Below are positions 30,601 to 39,800 of a DNA stretch of 64,000 nucleotides, one piece after another. The DNA comes from Polyangiaceae bacterium. Its GTDB lineage: Bacteria; Myxococcota_A; Polyangia; Polyangiales; Polyangiaceae. The DNA is taken from assembly GCA_044376115.1 (NCBI GenBank), contig JBILLK010000025.1, positions 1-64,000 of the forward strand, written 5' to 3'. Position 1 is the first letter of the stretch; every line of letters starts with the position of its first letter. A program made the position numbers and the translations under genes. The notes beneath the pieces were generated by a model. It ran no database searches. It worked only from the letters and a program-made list of their open reading frames with translations, and was not told the DNA's origin.

Positions 30601-32105
30601 TCGAGCACGCGCTGCGTGGCCTCTTGCAACGTTATGCGCGCACGCATGGTCCTTTCTCGGTGCACGAGGTGGAACAGCGTTTTGGGATTGGGCCCGAGGA
30701 GCTTCTGCTGGCGCTCGAGCAGCTGATCGCCGCCGGCCGCGTGGTGCGTGGGCGCTTCCGAACGGCGGGGGCGGCCATCGAGTTCGTCGACCGCGACATT
30801 CTGCGTGCGATCAAGCGCAAGAGCTTGGCCAAGCTACGGCGCGAGGTGGAGCCCGTTCCAGCCGAGGCGCTTGCGCGCTTCTCGGTGCTGCACCATGAAC
30901 TGGTGAGCCCACGTCGCGGTCTCGATGCGGTGCTAACCACCATCGAGCGACTCGAGGGCTTGGCGTTACCAGCCAGCGTTTGGTTCGACGATCTGTTCCC
31001 GAGTCGCGTCCGCGGCTTCAGCCCGTCGATGCTTGATGAACTATGCCTCGCAGGCGAAGTCACCTGGCGCGGCGTGGCTCCGCTCGGGGATTCGGATGGG
31101 CGCGTGGGCTTCTTCATCGCCGACCGCGTCGGGCTCTTGGCCCAGCCGGCAAAAGAGGTTCCGGGTGAGCTCGCGCAGCGGGTACTGCAGGCCGTACAGC
31201 AGCGTGGTGCGCTGTTCTTTCATCAGCTGATGGAGCACGTGGGCGGCTTTCCCAACGACGTCCTCGATTGTGTCTGGGACTTGGTGTTTGCAGGCTGGCT
31301 CACCAACGACTCCACGGTGCCGCTGCGTTCGCGCTTCGACAAAGCGCACAGTGCGCAGCGTCCGCAGCGTTTTCGATCGCGCCGCAAATCCTTGCCCGGG
31401 AGTGAGGGGCGCTTCTCGCTGATGGCCCAACCCGTGGGCGACCCGACGTTGCGACTGCAAGCGCTGACCACCGTCTTGCTCGAACGCCACGGCGTGCTTA
31501 CACGCGACAACCTCGAGATGGAGGCCGTCGTCGGCGGGTTCAGCGCGATCTACCCGGTGTTGCGGGCGCTCGAGGAGGCAGGCCGCGTACGGCGCGGCTA
31601 CTTCGTCGAGGGGCTCGGCGCGGCGCAGTTCGCGAACCCATCGATCGCCGAGCGCTTGCGCTCCTGTCGCGAGCCGAGCGAGGAGCCGGCGATGCTCGTG
31701 CTCTCGGCGCTCGATCCGGCCAATCTGTACGGCACGCTGCTCCCGTGGCCGTCGCGATCAGCGCAAGACCGGCTGATGCGCGCCGCTGGGTCCCACGTCG
31801 TGCTCAACGACGGCGCGTTGGCTGCTTACGTCGCGCGCGGAGCGCAGAGCGTGATCTGCTTTGCGCCGGAGGACGCGCGTGACGTGCGGGTGTTTGCCGA
31901 ACGGCTCGCGCGCACGCTCGCGCGCTGGTCGATGGAGACCCGCCACGAGCCGATGCACTTGAAGCTGCTGAATGGTGAGGATGCCGCCAAGAGCGGCTTG
32001 GCCGAAGGCTTCGTCGCAGGCGGTTTTGTGCGCTCGGGCACCGGTCTCTTGTTGCGCTCCGAGTCGAGGCGGGGCCCGCTTTCATCCTCGCGGCTTTCGG
32101 ATTAA
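27609..32105 (+). CDS. lhr: Lhr-family SF2 helicase, long form
   Basis: APTGSGKT, SPLKAL, TTPESL, DEIH, SAT, HHGS, LELGID, QRVGRAGH; long C-terminal region; 1498 aa. Confidence 0.93.
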   Translation: MKKKASASSSGTALAGFSAPVQAWFAASFAAPTHAQTLGLPVIASGASTLLLAPTGSGKTLTAFLSALDKLMFHSAQADAQPGDVSVLYVSPLKALAVDIEKNLRAPLVGIGHAAKRLNVPFREPSIFVRSGDTHASERRAFQRSGADIVITTPESLYLMLTSEIARRFARVQTVIIDEIHVMAGTKRGSHLFLSLERLEALRSAERPLQRIGLSATVRPLEPVARALAGLTLTGEPRPVTIIDAGTRRALELSIEVPARDMKNLSERDVGPGSAAESLESGEAPRKGGSIWPTIYPRLVALILQHRTTLVFVNNRRLAERLAQAINELAEQELALAHHGSIAHERRSIIEDRLKRGDVRAIIATSSLELGIDMGTIDLVVQIEAPPTVSAGLQRVGRAGHNVASVSRGVVIPKFRGDLLASAATVLAMKNGEVEQTRIPENPLDILAQQVVAIVAERSIGYDELGALVRGAYPFRALPKSAFDGVLDMLTGRYPSHEFSELSPRINWDRVSNVLSGRRSSKRLAIISGGTIPDRGLFGVFLDGAEKPIRIGELDEEMVFESRVGEIFLLGASSWRITEITNDRVLALPAPGEAGKMPFWRGDRASRPFELGLKIGALARTLSGLSRERSLALLEKEHGMDENARENLVRLIEEQKAATGELPSDKTIVIERFLDELGDQRICVLCPFGSRILAPWAMAIRSRLVAESALDVDVIYSDDGIIFRIADVESAPPPLSLIPSPGEVEGELERGLSSTALFAARFRENAARSLLLPKKSPQKRMPLWAQRRRAAELLAVAANYPSFPLLLETYRECMKDIFDVPALLEVLSGIESRAIRVVQVDTEVPSPLAASLLFSYVANFMYEGDSPLAERRAQALTLDPDRLRELLGEVELAELLDAQALDEVSLAAAGTRLCANADHVHDLLLSVGDRSEAELVARLLDPGGWPALRQELLVSRRAVMVRIASEERWIAIEDAAAYRDALGVVPPPGLPQALLAPVEHALRGLLQRYARTHGPFSVHEVEQRFGIGPEELLLALEQLIAAGRVVRGRFRTAGAAIEFVDRDILRAIKRKSLAKLRREVEPVPAEALARFSVLHHELVSPRRGLDAVLTTIERLEGLALPASVWFDDLFPSRVRGFSPSMLDELCLAGEVTWRGVAPLGDSDGRVGFFIADRVGLLAQPAKEVPGELAQRVLQAVQQRGALFFHQLMEHVGGFPNDVLDCVWDLVFAGWLTNDSTVPLRSRFDKAHSAQRPQRFRSRRKSLPGSEGRFSLMAQPVGDPTLRLQALTTVLLERHGVLTRDNLEMEAVVGGFSAIYPVLRALEEAGRVRRGYFVEGLGAAQFANPSIAERLRSCREPSEEPAMLVLSALDPANLYGTLLPWPSRSAQDRLMRAAGSHVVLNDGALAAYVARGAQSVICFAPEDARDVRVFAERLARTLARWSMETRHEPMHLKLLNGEDAAKSGLAEGFVAGGFVRSGTGLLLRSESRRGPLSSSRLSD

Positions 32106-32113
32106 GCAGCGCT

Positions 32114-33139
32114 ATGCGCGTTCTTTCCACCTGTCTGCTCGGTCTTTCGGTTGCTCTCTTTGCCTGTGGGGATGATTCCTCCTCGTCCGGCGGCTCTCCG
32201 GCAACGGGTGGAGGTGGAGAATCGGCTGGCGGCGGCGGCAACGGCGGTGAGTCGGTTGGCGGCGGCGGACAGGGCGGTGGAGTGGGCGGCTCGGCTCAAG
32301 GCGGTGCAGCGCAAGGCGGTAGCGCGCAGGGCGGTTCCGCGCCGCTGTGCACCGGCCTGCCCACCGGGGAAGTGGCCGTGGTGGAGTTCTTTGACGGCTT
32401 CAACGGCAGTGAAGACGCTGCCTTCGATGGTACCGGCGGTCTCGTGGCGAAGAACGGCTCATCCCTCGTGCGCGTCGACGCCGCGAAGGCCGTGACCACG
32501 GTGGCGCCGCTCGCTCCTGCGGCCTACGGCTTGCGCTTCAACAGCGCCGGGGATTTGTTCGTCGCGCTCCCTCAGGCGGGGAAGATCGTCAAGGTGACCG
32601 CAGGCGAGGTCACCGACTTCAAGACCGGGCTCTCCGGCCCGAACGGCGTTCACGTGGACTCGGCCGGCAATATTTGGGTGACCGAGTTCGGCGGCGGTCG
32701 CGTGATCAAACTCGACCCTGCCGGCACCTCGACCACCATCGCCTCGCAGCTCAATTCGCCCAACGGCGTCGTGCTCGATGAGGCGCGCAACCTTCTGTTC
32801 TTCACCGGCTACAGCCAAGGGCGTCTGTTCAAGACCGATCCCGCGGGTGGTGCCGAGCCGATCGAGGTTGCACAAATCGGTGGTGCCGCGCTGGACGGGC
32901 TCACGCTCGACGCGTGTGGCAACGTGTATGCGGTCGATCAGGGGAATTCCCGCGTTTACCGTCTCGACCTCGACGCCGACGCCAACCTCGTCGGTGAGCC
33001 GGTGCTGTTGGCCGAGCTCCCGGAGAACGTGGCGAACGTGCAGTTCGGCGTGGGACCGGGGTGGAACACCACCAGCCTCTACGCGGCGGGCAATCCGGGT
33101 GTTGTTTACGAGCTCCCGGTAGGCGTGGGCGCTCCGTAG
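32114..33139 (+). CDS. SMP-30/gluconolactonase-family beta-propeller lipoprotein
   Basis: LFAC lipobox, Gly linker, PNG repeats, DGLTLDACGNVY. Confidence 0.82.
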   Translation: MRVLSTCLLGLSVALFACGDDSSSSGGSPATGGGGESAGGGGNGGESVGGGGQGGGVGGSAQGGAAQGGSAQGGSAPLCTGLPTGEVAVVEFFDGFNGSEDAAFDGTGGLVAKNGSSLVRVDAAKAVTTVAPLAPAAYGLRFNSAGDLFVALPQAGKIVKVTAGEVTDFKTGLSGPNGVHVDSAGNIWVTEFGGGRVIKLDPAGTSTTIASQLNSPNGVVLDEARNLLFFTGYSQGRLFKTDPAGGAEPIEVAQIGGAALDGLTLDACGNVYAVDQGNSRVYRLDLDADANLVGEPVLLAELPENVANVQFGVGPGWNTTSLYAAGNPGVVYELPVGVGAP

Positions 33140-33197
33140 TTCGGCTTCGGCGGAATACTGGTGTGCGGGGCTGGGGTTCGGCTAGCCTCTGCCCCGC

Positions 33198-33536
33198 ATG
33201 CATGTTCGTGTCTTCCTCGCTGGGTTTGCGTTGCTTGTTGGCTCGTCCGCCTGTGAATCGAGTCGTGCTCCGCGCCGCCTCGCGGACGGTAGCGACCCGC
33301 CCAACACGCCGTGCGATGCCTCGCGTGTGTGCAAGGTGTGGGGCTGGTGTGCTGAGCAGAACGGCGAGTGTGTAGCGGCCTCCAACGACCACTGCCGGGC
33401 TTCCGAGGCTTGCAAGAATGGCGGGCTTTGCTCGCTCGAGGGCCTCAAGTGCGTTGCCCGTGAGGACGATTGCGAGCGCTCCGAGTGGTGTGAAAAGAAC
33501 GAGCTGTGCGAAGCCCGCGAAGGCGTTTGCAAATAG
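33198..33536 (+). CDS. Small Cys-rich repeat lipoprotein
   Basis: SSAC lipobox; three C-x5-C-x5-C-x6-C repeats. Confidence 0.75.
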   Translation: MHVRVFLAGFALLVGSSACESSRAPRRLADGSDPPNTPCDASRVCKVWGWCAEQNGECVAASNDHCRASEACKNGGLCSLEGLKCVAREDDCERSEWCEKNELCEAREGVCK

Positions 33537-33620
33537 GTTCTTGTCATTCGCGCTACTGGCCCGTAGCCTCGCGTGCGTTCGACGCCCGTACGGGTGTCTC
33601 ACTCAAGAACGAGGTCTAGA

Positions 33621-34031
33621 ATGGCACAAGGTTGGGGTCCTCCGGGCGGCGGCGGTGGTGGTGGTTGGCAAGGGGGCCCTCCGCAGGGTGGTCCGCCTCC
33701 GGGTGCTCCGGGTGGTCCGCCTCCGGGCGGTGGCTATGGTCCCCCCCCGGGCGGTGGCTATGGTCCCCCCCCGGGACAGTTCGGCCCGCCGCAAGGTGGT
33801 CCGCCGATGGGCGCTTACGGTAACCCGTACGCTCCGGGCGCTCTGCCGGTGGGAGCTCCGGGCGCTGAAGAAGGCAGCCTCGGTATCGGCATCGCTCTCG
33901 GCTTCTTGCTGGGTTGCTTCGGGTTGATCGGTTGCCTCATCTGGGGCAAGCCGCAGACCAAGAAGGGCGCCGGCATCGGCTTCGGCATCTCGGTGGTGCT
34001 CGGCATCATCGTTCGCGTCGCAGCTAGCTGA
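33621..34031 (+). CDS. Gly/Pro-rich membrane protein
   Basis: GAGG RBS; GPP/GGYGPPP repeats then two TM helices. Confidence 0.75.
   Translation: MAQGWGPPGGGGGGGWQGGPPQGGPPPGAPGGPPPGGGYGPPPGGGYGPPPGQFGPPQGGPPMGAYGNPYAPGALPVGAPGAEEGSLGIGIALGFLLGCFGLIGCLIWGKPQTKKGAGIGFGISVVLGIIVRVAAS
33723..33775 (+). repeat. Perfect 24-bp tandem repeat (~2.2 copies) with two C8 runs
   Basis: ccgggcggtggctatggtcccccc x2 plus ccggg. Confidence 0.85.
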
Positions 34032-34144
34032 AAGCGCTGGTCTACGCCTGCTGGCGTGGACTCTTTGGATGGCGGTCGCCAGGGTCAATCTGGCGGCCGC
34101 TCTTCATTTTGTTGATTTTGGCGCCGAATTTTCGCGAAAACGCG

Positions 34145-34160
34145 CGGCACAGAGCTGGCT
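34145..34160 (+). promoter_or_regulatory. Candidate sigma54 (-24/-12) promoter of comM
   Basis: CGGCACAGAGCTGGCT: GG-N10-GC spacing; AT-rich tract upstream; an overlapping TAGGGC -10-like element is an alternative. Confidence 0.35.
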
Positions 34161-34171
34161 AGGGCGCGGCC

Positions 34172-35716
34172 ATGAGTTCGATCACCTGGTCTCTCGGTTT
34201 GCGCGGTTTGGTCGCTGACGCGATTCGCGTGGAGGTCGCGTCTCAACGTGGCCCGTCGGCTTTTCAGTTGGTCGGGTTGGCCGAAGCGAGCGTGCGTGAA
34301 GCGCACGTGCGCGTTCGCTCGGCGTTGAAGCTGAGCGGCGTGGAGGTCGACGAGTACCTGCTTACGGTGCTGCTCGCGCCAGCGGACATTCGCAAGTCGG
34401 GGAGCCTCTTCGATCTGGCCATCGCCGTGGCTCTGGCCTGCGAGGTGCGCAGGCTTTCGCAGCTCGAGAACTTCGCAAAGACGGTTTGGCTGGGCGAACT
34501 CTCGCTCTCTGGCGCTGTTCGGCCGGTGCGCGGCGTGCTCGCGGCGGTGCTCGAGGCCAAGCGGCTCGGCTTCGAGCGGGTGGTCGTGCCAAAGGACAAC
34601 GGCGGTGAAGCCGCCGAAGAGCAAGGCATCGAGGTGTGCGTGGTTTCTTCGCTCGCCGAGGCGCTCTCCTTCGTGGGCGGTGGCGCCCTCGACAAAGCTC
34701 GGCTGGTACCATCGAAAAGCGAGCCGATGCGCAGCGTCGACTTATCGGAGGTGCGCGGCCAGTTCGCGGCGCGCCGTGCGCTCGAGATCGCTGCGGCCGG
34801 AGAACACAACCTGCTGATGATCGGCCCGCCGGGCTCGGGCAAGACGATGCTGGCCCGCCGCCTACCGACGATTCTGCCTCCGCTCGAGTACAACGAGGCG
34901 CGCGAGGCAACGGCGCTTCATTCGTTGGCAGGGCTGCTGCGCCCGCAATCCGGGTTGCTCCATCAGCGGCCCTTTCGCTCGCCGCACCACACGCTCTCAT
35001 CTCCAGCCATGGCTGGAGGCGGAACGCCGATTCGGCCGGGCGAGGTGAGTCTCGCGCATGGCGGAGTGCTGTTCTTGGACGAACTCTTGGAGTTCAGCCG
35101 CTCGACGTTGGAGGCCTTGCGGCAGCCGCTCGAAGATCGCTGCATTCACCTGGCCCGCGCGCGCGAGACGGCCTGGTTTCCTGCGGCGCTCACGCTGATC
35201 GCGGCGGTCAACCCGTGCCCGTGTGGCTACTTCGGTTCGACCCGCTGTCGTTGTTCAGCCGATGCCGTCGCACGCTACCGCAGGCGCTTGTCCGGCCCGG
35301 TACTCGACCGCATCGACCTTCAGGTCGTGCTTCCGCCGCTTCCGGCAGCGGACTTCGTGGGACGCGAAGGGGAGCCGTCGGCCAAGGTGCTCGAGCGCGT
35401 GGTCGCCGCTCGCTCCGAACAAGCGGAACGCAAGCGCAAGCTCGGGCTAACGGCGCGGACCAATCGCGACCTCACGTCGGCGGAACTTGCGCGAGCGGCG
35501 CCGCTCAGCTCCGAAGTGCGCGCCCTCCTTACGCAAGCGGTCGACGGCCTAGGCTTCAGCGCCCGTGGAGTTGCGAGCATCCTTCGCGTTGCACGGACGA
35601 TCGCCGACCTGGAGATCGTCGCGCCAGTGCGGCCCGAGCACGTGGCCGAGGCCATTCAGTACCGTCCCCTCGACCGCGTCTCCGGAGCTACCCAGCCTAG
35701 CGCTGCCTCTTGGTAG
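34172..35716 (+). CDS. comM: YifB/ComM Mg-chelatase-like AAA+ ATPase
   Basis: LAPADIRKSGSLFDLAIA, GPPGSGKT, FRSPHH, PGEVSLAHGGVLFLDE, NPCPCG, RVARTIADL. Confidence 0.92.
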   Translation: MSSITWSLGLRGLVADAIRVEVASQRGPSAFQLVGLAEASVREAHVRVRSALKLSGVEVDEYLLTVLLAPADIRKSGSLFDLAIAVALACEVRRLSQLENFAKTVWLGELSLSGAVRPVRGVLAAVLEAKRLGFERVVVPKDNGGEAAEEQGIEVCVVSSLAEALSFVGGGALDKARLVPSKSEPMRSVDLSEVRGQFAARRALEIAAAGEHNLLMIGPPGSGKTMLARRLPTILPPLEYNEAREATALHSLAGLLRPQSGLLHQRPFRSPHHTLSSPAMAGGGTPIRPGEVSLAHGGVLFLDELLEFSRSTLEALRQPLEDRCIHLARARETAWFPAALTLIAAVNPCPCGYFGSTRCRCSADAVARYRRRLSGPVLDRIDLQVVLPPLPAADFVGREGEPSAKVLERVVAARSEQAERKRKLGLTARTNRDLTSAELARAAPLSSEVRALLTQAVDGLGFSARGVASILRVARTIADLEIVAPVRPEHVAEAIQYRPLDRVSGATQPSAASW

Positions 35717-35889
35717 GCACCCAAGGCTCAGTTAGTTGAGGGGTCCTAAAGAACTTCGGTCACAAATCCAGTTTCTGAGGAGACGTGGGAACAATTGTGA
35801 TCAGCCCGGCGTCAGTCGGGGCGCGGGAAGGCCCCGGGTCGGGGCGCGTACAAGGATAATTGTCGGGGCGCGGTTTCTCGGGAGGTTTT

Positions 35890-37893
35890 ATGCGTGGACA
35901 CGTGGCTCATGCTCTGGTTGGTACGATGGTTGCTGCACTCGGGCTCGCAGCGGGGTGCAGCGGGGCGGCTCCAACCGCTGGGCCAGCAACAGGCAACGGG
36001 CAAGCGCTCGAGGTTTCGAGCAATCCCTGCGCTCGACGTACGAGCGGCGGCCCAACTCGCGTAAGCCTGGCCCGCCAGGGAAGCTCAGTCGCTTTGGCGA
36101 GCGAGGGGAAAGCCACCTACGCCTACATCGCCGATGAAGACTCGAACGCGATTCACACCTTCGATGTCGGTGAGGCGCGGCCCATCGCCAAGACCAACCT
36201 TTCGGGAGCCCCGGCCCAGGTCCTGGTCCTCGAGGACGGTCGCGTCGCTGTCACCCTGCGCGACAAGGGCGAGGTGCAAATCCTCGAGCCGGCTGGGGCT
36301 GACAAGCCGCTGGTTGGGCTTTGCAAGCGCGCCGTGCCCGATGAGCCCTTCGGTTTGGCTGCCACCCCCGACGACAGCAAGGTGCTCGTCACGAGCGCTT
36401 GGGCGCACAAGCTCTCCGTCCTTGATGAGGGCACGTTTGAGCCGCTCGCCACCCATGAACTCGAGCGCGAGCCGCGAGCCGTGTTGGTTGATGACAGCGG
36501 TAAGCGCGCCTTCGTTTCGCACGCTGTCGGTTCCAACGTCTCGATCGTCGATTTGGATTCGACCGACAAGGCGCGTGCTGTCGACGTGAGCGTCAATTCC
36601 TCCACCCCGTCGTCCACCATCATTCGGCGTTCGGGCGGGCAAGGCTTCGCGTTGGTCAAATCCGAGGAGGCCGCCATTCGCCCGGAGGCTCCTGCTCCCG
36701 GCGTCACCGAGGGCGGCAAGATCTCCGGCGCCGCTCCGCTCCCGCCCGCCCCGCGCAAGCCAGTAACGCAGGCGCCGCAGGGCCGTATCTTCGTGCCGAT
36801 GGTCACGGTGGACCCGGGTGATCCCAACCAGCGTTCGCAGGTTTACTACGGTGGTTCACGCGACGGCTTGCCCAAGGAGGTGCCGATCGTTTCGGTGATC
36901 GACGCCGACGCAGAGCGACCGATGACGCGCGCAGCGATGTACACCGGGCTGCCGTACTCCAACGAATGTTTGCTACCGCGCGCAGCGGCCTATCGCGCAT
37001 CCACCGGAACGCTGCTCGTGTCCTGCGCCGGCATCGACGCGATGCTCGAGCTCGATACGCGCGGCGCGGATCCGATTCGGCTCGAGAAGCGCCGCATCGA
37101 CGTCCCGTCCGGTCCGACTGGCATCGCTGTGGATGACGGTCGCGGGCTAGCGGTGGTTTGGTCGCAATTCGAGGGGCAAATCACGCTCGTTGACCTGGAC
37201 AACCAGAACCCCGGCGTGATCGTCCCGGTTTCGGTAGACCGCACCCCCGCGGCGCAGATGCTCGCTCGCGGCCGGCAGATGTTCCACCTCAGTGAGGATC
37301 TGCGCGTGTCGAACGACGGCGTCTCTTGCGCGAGCTGCCACCCCGACGGCCGCGATGACGCCTTCACCTGGTCCACCCCCGAAGGTCCGCGACAGACGAT
37401 CATGTTGGCTGGTCGCGCCTCCAATACGGCTCCCTATGGTTGGCAAGGCAAGCACGGCGATCTTCACGCCTACCTCGGCAACACCTTCTCTCGCTTGGGC
37501 GGTACCGGCATGAGCGGCGCGGACCTCGAGGCGCTCATCACCTACCTCGAGAAGCTGCAAGGCCCTTCGTTCATGAACGCTTCCAGCGATGATGCCCGTC
37601 GCGGCAAGGCGCTGTTCAACGACGCCGAGATCGGCTGCGCGACCTGCCACGTCGAAGGCGCTGGCGTGGACAAGACGACGCATGACGTCGGCAGCAAGTC
37701 GGTGGCCGACATGGACGTGAAGTTCGACACACCGTCCTTGAAGTTCGTCAAAGGCACCGCGCCCTACTTCCACGACGGTCGCTACAAGACGCTCGAGGAC
37801 ATGTTGAAGGCCACTGACTCCGAAATGGGTCACACCTCGCATCTGAACGCGCAGCAACGAAACCAGCTCGCTGCTTACCTGGAGACCCTGTGA
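35890..37893 (+). CDS. Lipoprotein: YVTN-like beta-propeller plus di-heme cytochrome c (peroxidase/MauG-like) domain
   Basis: GGAGG RBS, AAGC lipobox, CASCH and CATCH, FDTPSL, TAPYFHDG. Confidence 0.85.
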   Translation: MRGHVAHALVGTMVAALGLAAGCSGAAPTAGPATGNGQALEVSSNPCARRTSGGPTRVSLARQGSSVALASEGKATYAYIADEDSNAIHTFDVGEARPIAKTNLSGAPAQVLVLEDGRVAVTLRDKGEVQILEPAGADKPLVGLCKRAVPDEPFGLAATPDDSKVLVTSAWAHKLSVLDEGTFEPLATHELEREPRAVLVDDSGKRAFVSHAVGSNVSIVDLDSTDKARAVDVSVNSSTPSSTIIRRSGGQGFALVKSEEAAIRPEAPAPGVTEGGKISGAAPLPPAPRKPVTQAPQGRIFVPMVTVDPGDPNQRSQVYYGGSRDGLPKEVPIVSVIDADAERPMTRAAMYTGLPYSNECLLPRAAAYRASTGTLLVSCAGIDAMLELDTRGADPIRLEKRRIDVPSGPTGIAVDDGRGLAVVWSQFEGQITLVDLDNQNPGVIVPVSVDRTPAAQMLARGRQMFHLSEDLRVSNDGVSCASCHPDGRDDAFTWSTPEGPRQTIMLAGRASNTAPYGWQGKHGDLHAYLGNTFSRLGGTGMSGADLEALITYLEKLQGPSFMNASSDDARRGKALFNDAEIGCATCHVEGAGVDKTTHDVGSKSVADMDVKFDTPSLKFVKGTAPYFHDGRYKTLEDMLKATDSEMGHTSHLNAQQRNQLAAYLETL

Positions 37894-38876
37894 CAATGAC
37901 CCCCTCGCAAACCTTTGCGCTGCTCGCTGTGATGGCACTTGGTACGGGTTGCGCGGCTAGCGCTCCCGAAGCCGCTACGCCGATCAAGAAGCCGGCTGTT
38001 GCGGTTGGCGAGGGGGACAATCCCGCCGAGCCGGTGGCTCAGCCCGCTGCAGGTGAACTCGTCGTTGCTGTGTTTCCAACCGTGGGTGACTGGGCGACCT
38101 CGAAGCGAGTTCGTCACGGAGCTTCACGTGGTTCCACCGAGGCGATGCCGTTCTCGATCGCCGACCTAGCCTCGACGGTGCTCACCCCGCCGCTCGACGA
38201 CAAGGCTGCGCGCGACGCCACCGGCGGAGTCGAGGCTACCGAGCTAAAGATCGAGAAACAGAATTCGAGCTACGATCAATACGGGTACGGCTACAGCAGC
38301 TATGGCGGCTTTCGAAGCGCCTATCACACGGCCACCTTGGTGGGCTTTGCTTCGGGCTCGCTGCGTATCGGCGCGCGTGAGGTTCAGGTCGGCGGGACGA
38401 GTTCAGGCGGGCCGATCTACGCGAACTGTGGCCAATACGAGGCGAAGCAGCCGCTCCGTTTCGAGGGTGTTCGGCAGGTACCCGGGGGGGATGCTCGCTA
38501 CGAGGTCGCCGATGGATATTGGGATGGCGTCGCGTGCAAAGCGATGGTTACCTCGCGCAAGGTCGTGGCGCTGAGCGAGATCGTTCCGGGCAAAGCCTAT
38601 GCGTTCCTGCATTGTGAAGAGGAGGGTTGTTCGGGTAAACGCTTCCTGAACGTGGTGTTCCCAGAAGCCCGCACGGTGCTTACGCAGGCCGGTCCCCTGC
38701 GCCTGCAGAGCGGTCAGCCGCCGACCCGCGTTTCGATGCAGCTGCGCCGCGGCTTGGCAGAATCGGTGGTGGTGACGCAGGCTCAGTCCGGCTGGAAGCA
38801 ATCCAACGTGACGGTCGAGGTGCAGCAGGGCGTGCACGATGACGAGCCGATCGCCGTCGCCTTCGCGTCGGAGTAA
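37890..38876 (+). CDS. Hypothetical lipoprotein, coupled to the di-heme gene
   Basis: GTGC lipobox; GTGA overlap. Confidence 0.7.
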   Translation: MTMTPSQTFALLAVMALGTGCAASAPEAATPIKKPAVAVGEGDNPAEPVAQPAAGELVVAVFPTVGDWATSKRVRHGASRGSTEAMPFSIADLASTVLTPPLDDKAARDATGGVEATELKIEKQNSSYDQYGYGYSSYGGFRSAYHTATLVGFASGSLRIGAREVQVGGTSSGGPIYANCGQYEAKQPLRFEGVRQVPGGDARYEVADGYWDGVACKAMVTSRKVVALSEIVPGKAYAFLHCEEEGCSGKRFLNVVFPEARTVLTQAGPLRLQSGQPPTRVSMQLRRGLAESVVVTQAQSGWKQSNVTVEVQQGVHDDEPIAVAFASE

Positions 38877-38887
38877 GCCGAACCAAA

Positions 38888-38920
38888 CACGGGCCCGCGT
38901 TGAGAAACGCGGGCCGCGTG
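38888..38920. terminator. GC-rich hairpin
   Basis: cacgggcccgcgtt-gaga-aacgcgggccgcgtg just after stop codon. Confidence 0.5.
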
Positions 38921-39013
38921 CAATTGGGAAATGGAAACGCTGTGGCTGACGAACGCGGGCGCGTACGATTTCCAAATGGAATCGCTGCGGGCCGGGGCGT
39001 AGGCTCGCGTTCT

Positions 39014-39790
39014 ATGGTTCGTTCGTTCTTGGTTCCGTTTGCCCTGGTCGTTGGTTTGGCCGGCTGTGGGGACAGCCCAGGCGTCGCGAGTGCCTCGGCG
39101 AAGACCTCGGCCAAGCCTGCAGCCCCACCGCCTCCGGCTTCCGTCGCGACCTCGGCCCCTGCGCCGAAGCCTGCGAAGCCCCCGCGTGATTGCGGCAAAG
39201 GGCCGAACGTAAGCTTTGATGACCCGGTGCTCGAGAAGGTGATTCGTGTGCAGGCCGCCAAACCCGAAGGCCCGATCACGCAAGCGGATCTCGGCAAAGT
39301 AAAGACGCTCAACCTGCTCGATTCGAAGCAGACCGACTCGATCGACCCGTGCGTCTTTCCGCACCTCAAAGGCTTGAAGGGCCTCTACTTACCGCCGGGC
39401 GATCTCGAGGACATCTCGCTGCTTTCCAACCTCGCCAACCTCGAGTCGCTGCGCATCTCGATCACCAAGGTGAAGGATCTCTCGCCGCTGAAGAGCCTGT
39501 CGAAGCTCGATCGCTTGGATCTGGGTCGTACGCCGGTGCGCGATTTGACGCCGCTCGCGGAGCTCAAGAACCTGACCGAGATCGTCATGGACGAAACCGA
39601 GGTGAGCGACCTAACGCCGCTCTCCGGGCTCTCCAAGTTGACGCTCGTGAGCATCAAGAAGACCGGCGTGAAGGATCTTCGCCCGCTGGCCGGTCTCAAG
39701 GAGCTGAAGAACCTCTACATCGAAGGCTCGTCGGTGGCCGACACAACCCCCGTGAAGTCGCTGCCGCGACTGAAGATCCACGGGGGCTAG
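39014..39790 (+). CDS. Internalin-like leucine-rich repeat lipoprotein
   Basis: LAGC lipobox; 22-aa LRRs (DL.PL..L..L..L.L..T.V). Confidence 0.88.
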   Translation: MVRSFLVPFALVVGLAGCGDSPGVASASAKTSAKPAAPPPPASVATSAPAPKPAKPPRDCGKGPNVSFDDPVLEKVIRVQAAKPEGPITQADLGKVKTLNLLDSKQTDSIDPCVFPHLKGLKGLYLPPGDLEDISLLSNLANLESLRISITKVKDLSPLKSLSKLDRLDLGRTPVRDLTPLAELKNLTEIVMDETEVSDLTPLSGLSKLTLVSIKKTGVKDLRPLAGLKELKNLYIEGSSVADTTPVKSLPRLKIHGG

Positions 39791-39800
39791 TCGCCATGCG

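Noticed and set aside
35760..35800. TCACAA...TTGTGA inverted pair upstream of the di-heme gene
   Set aside because: Orientation and spacing do not match CRP/FNR sites; could be chance
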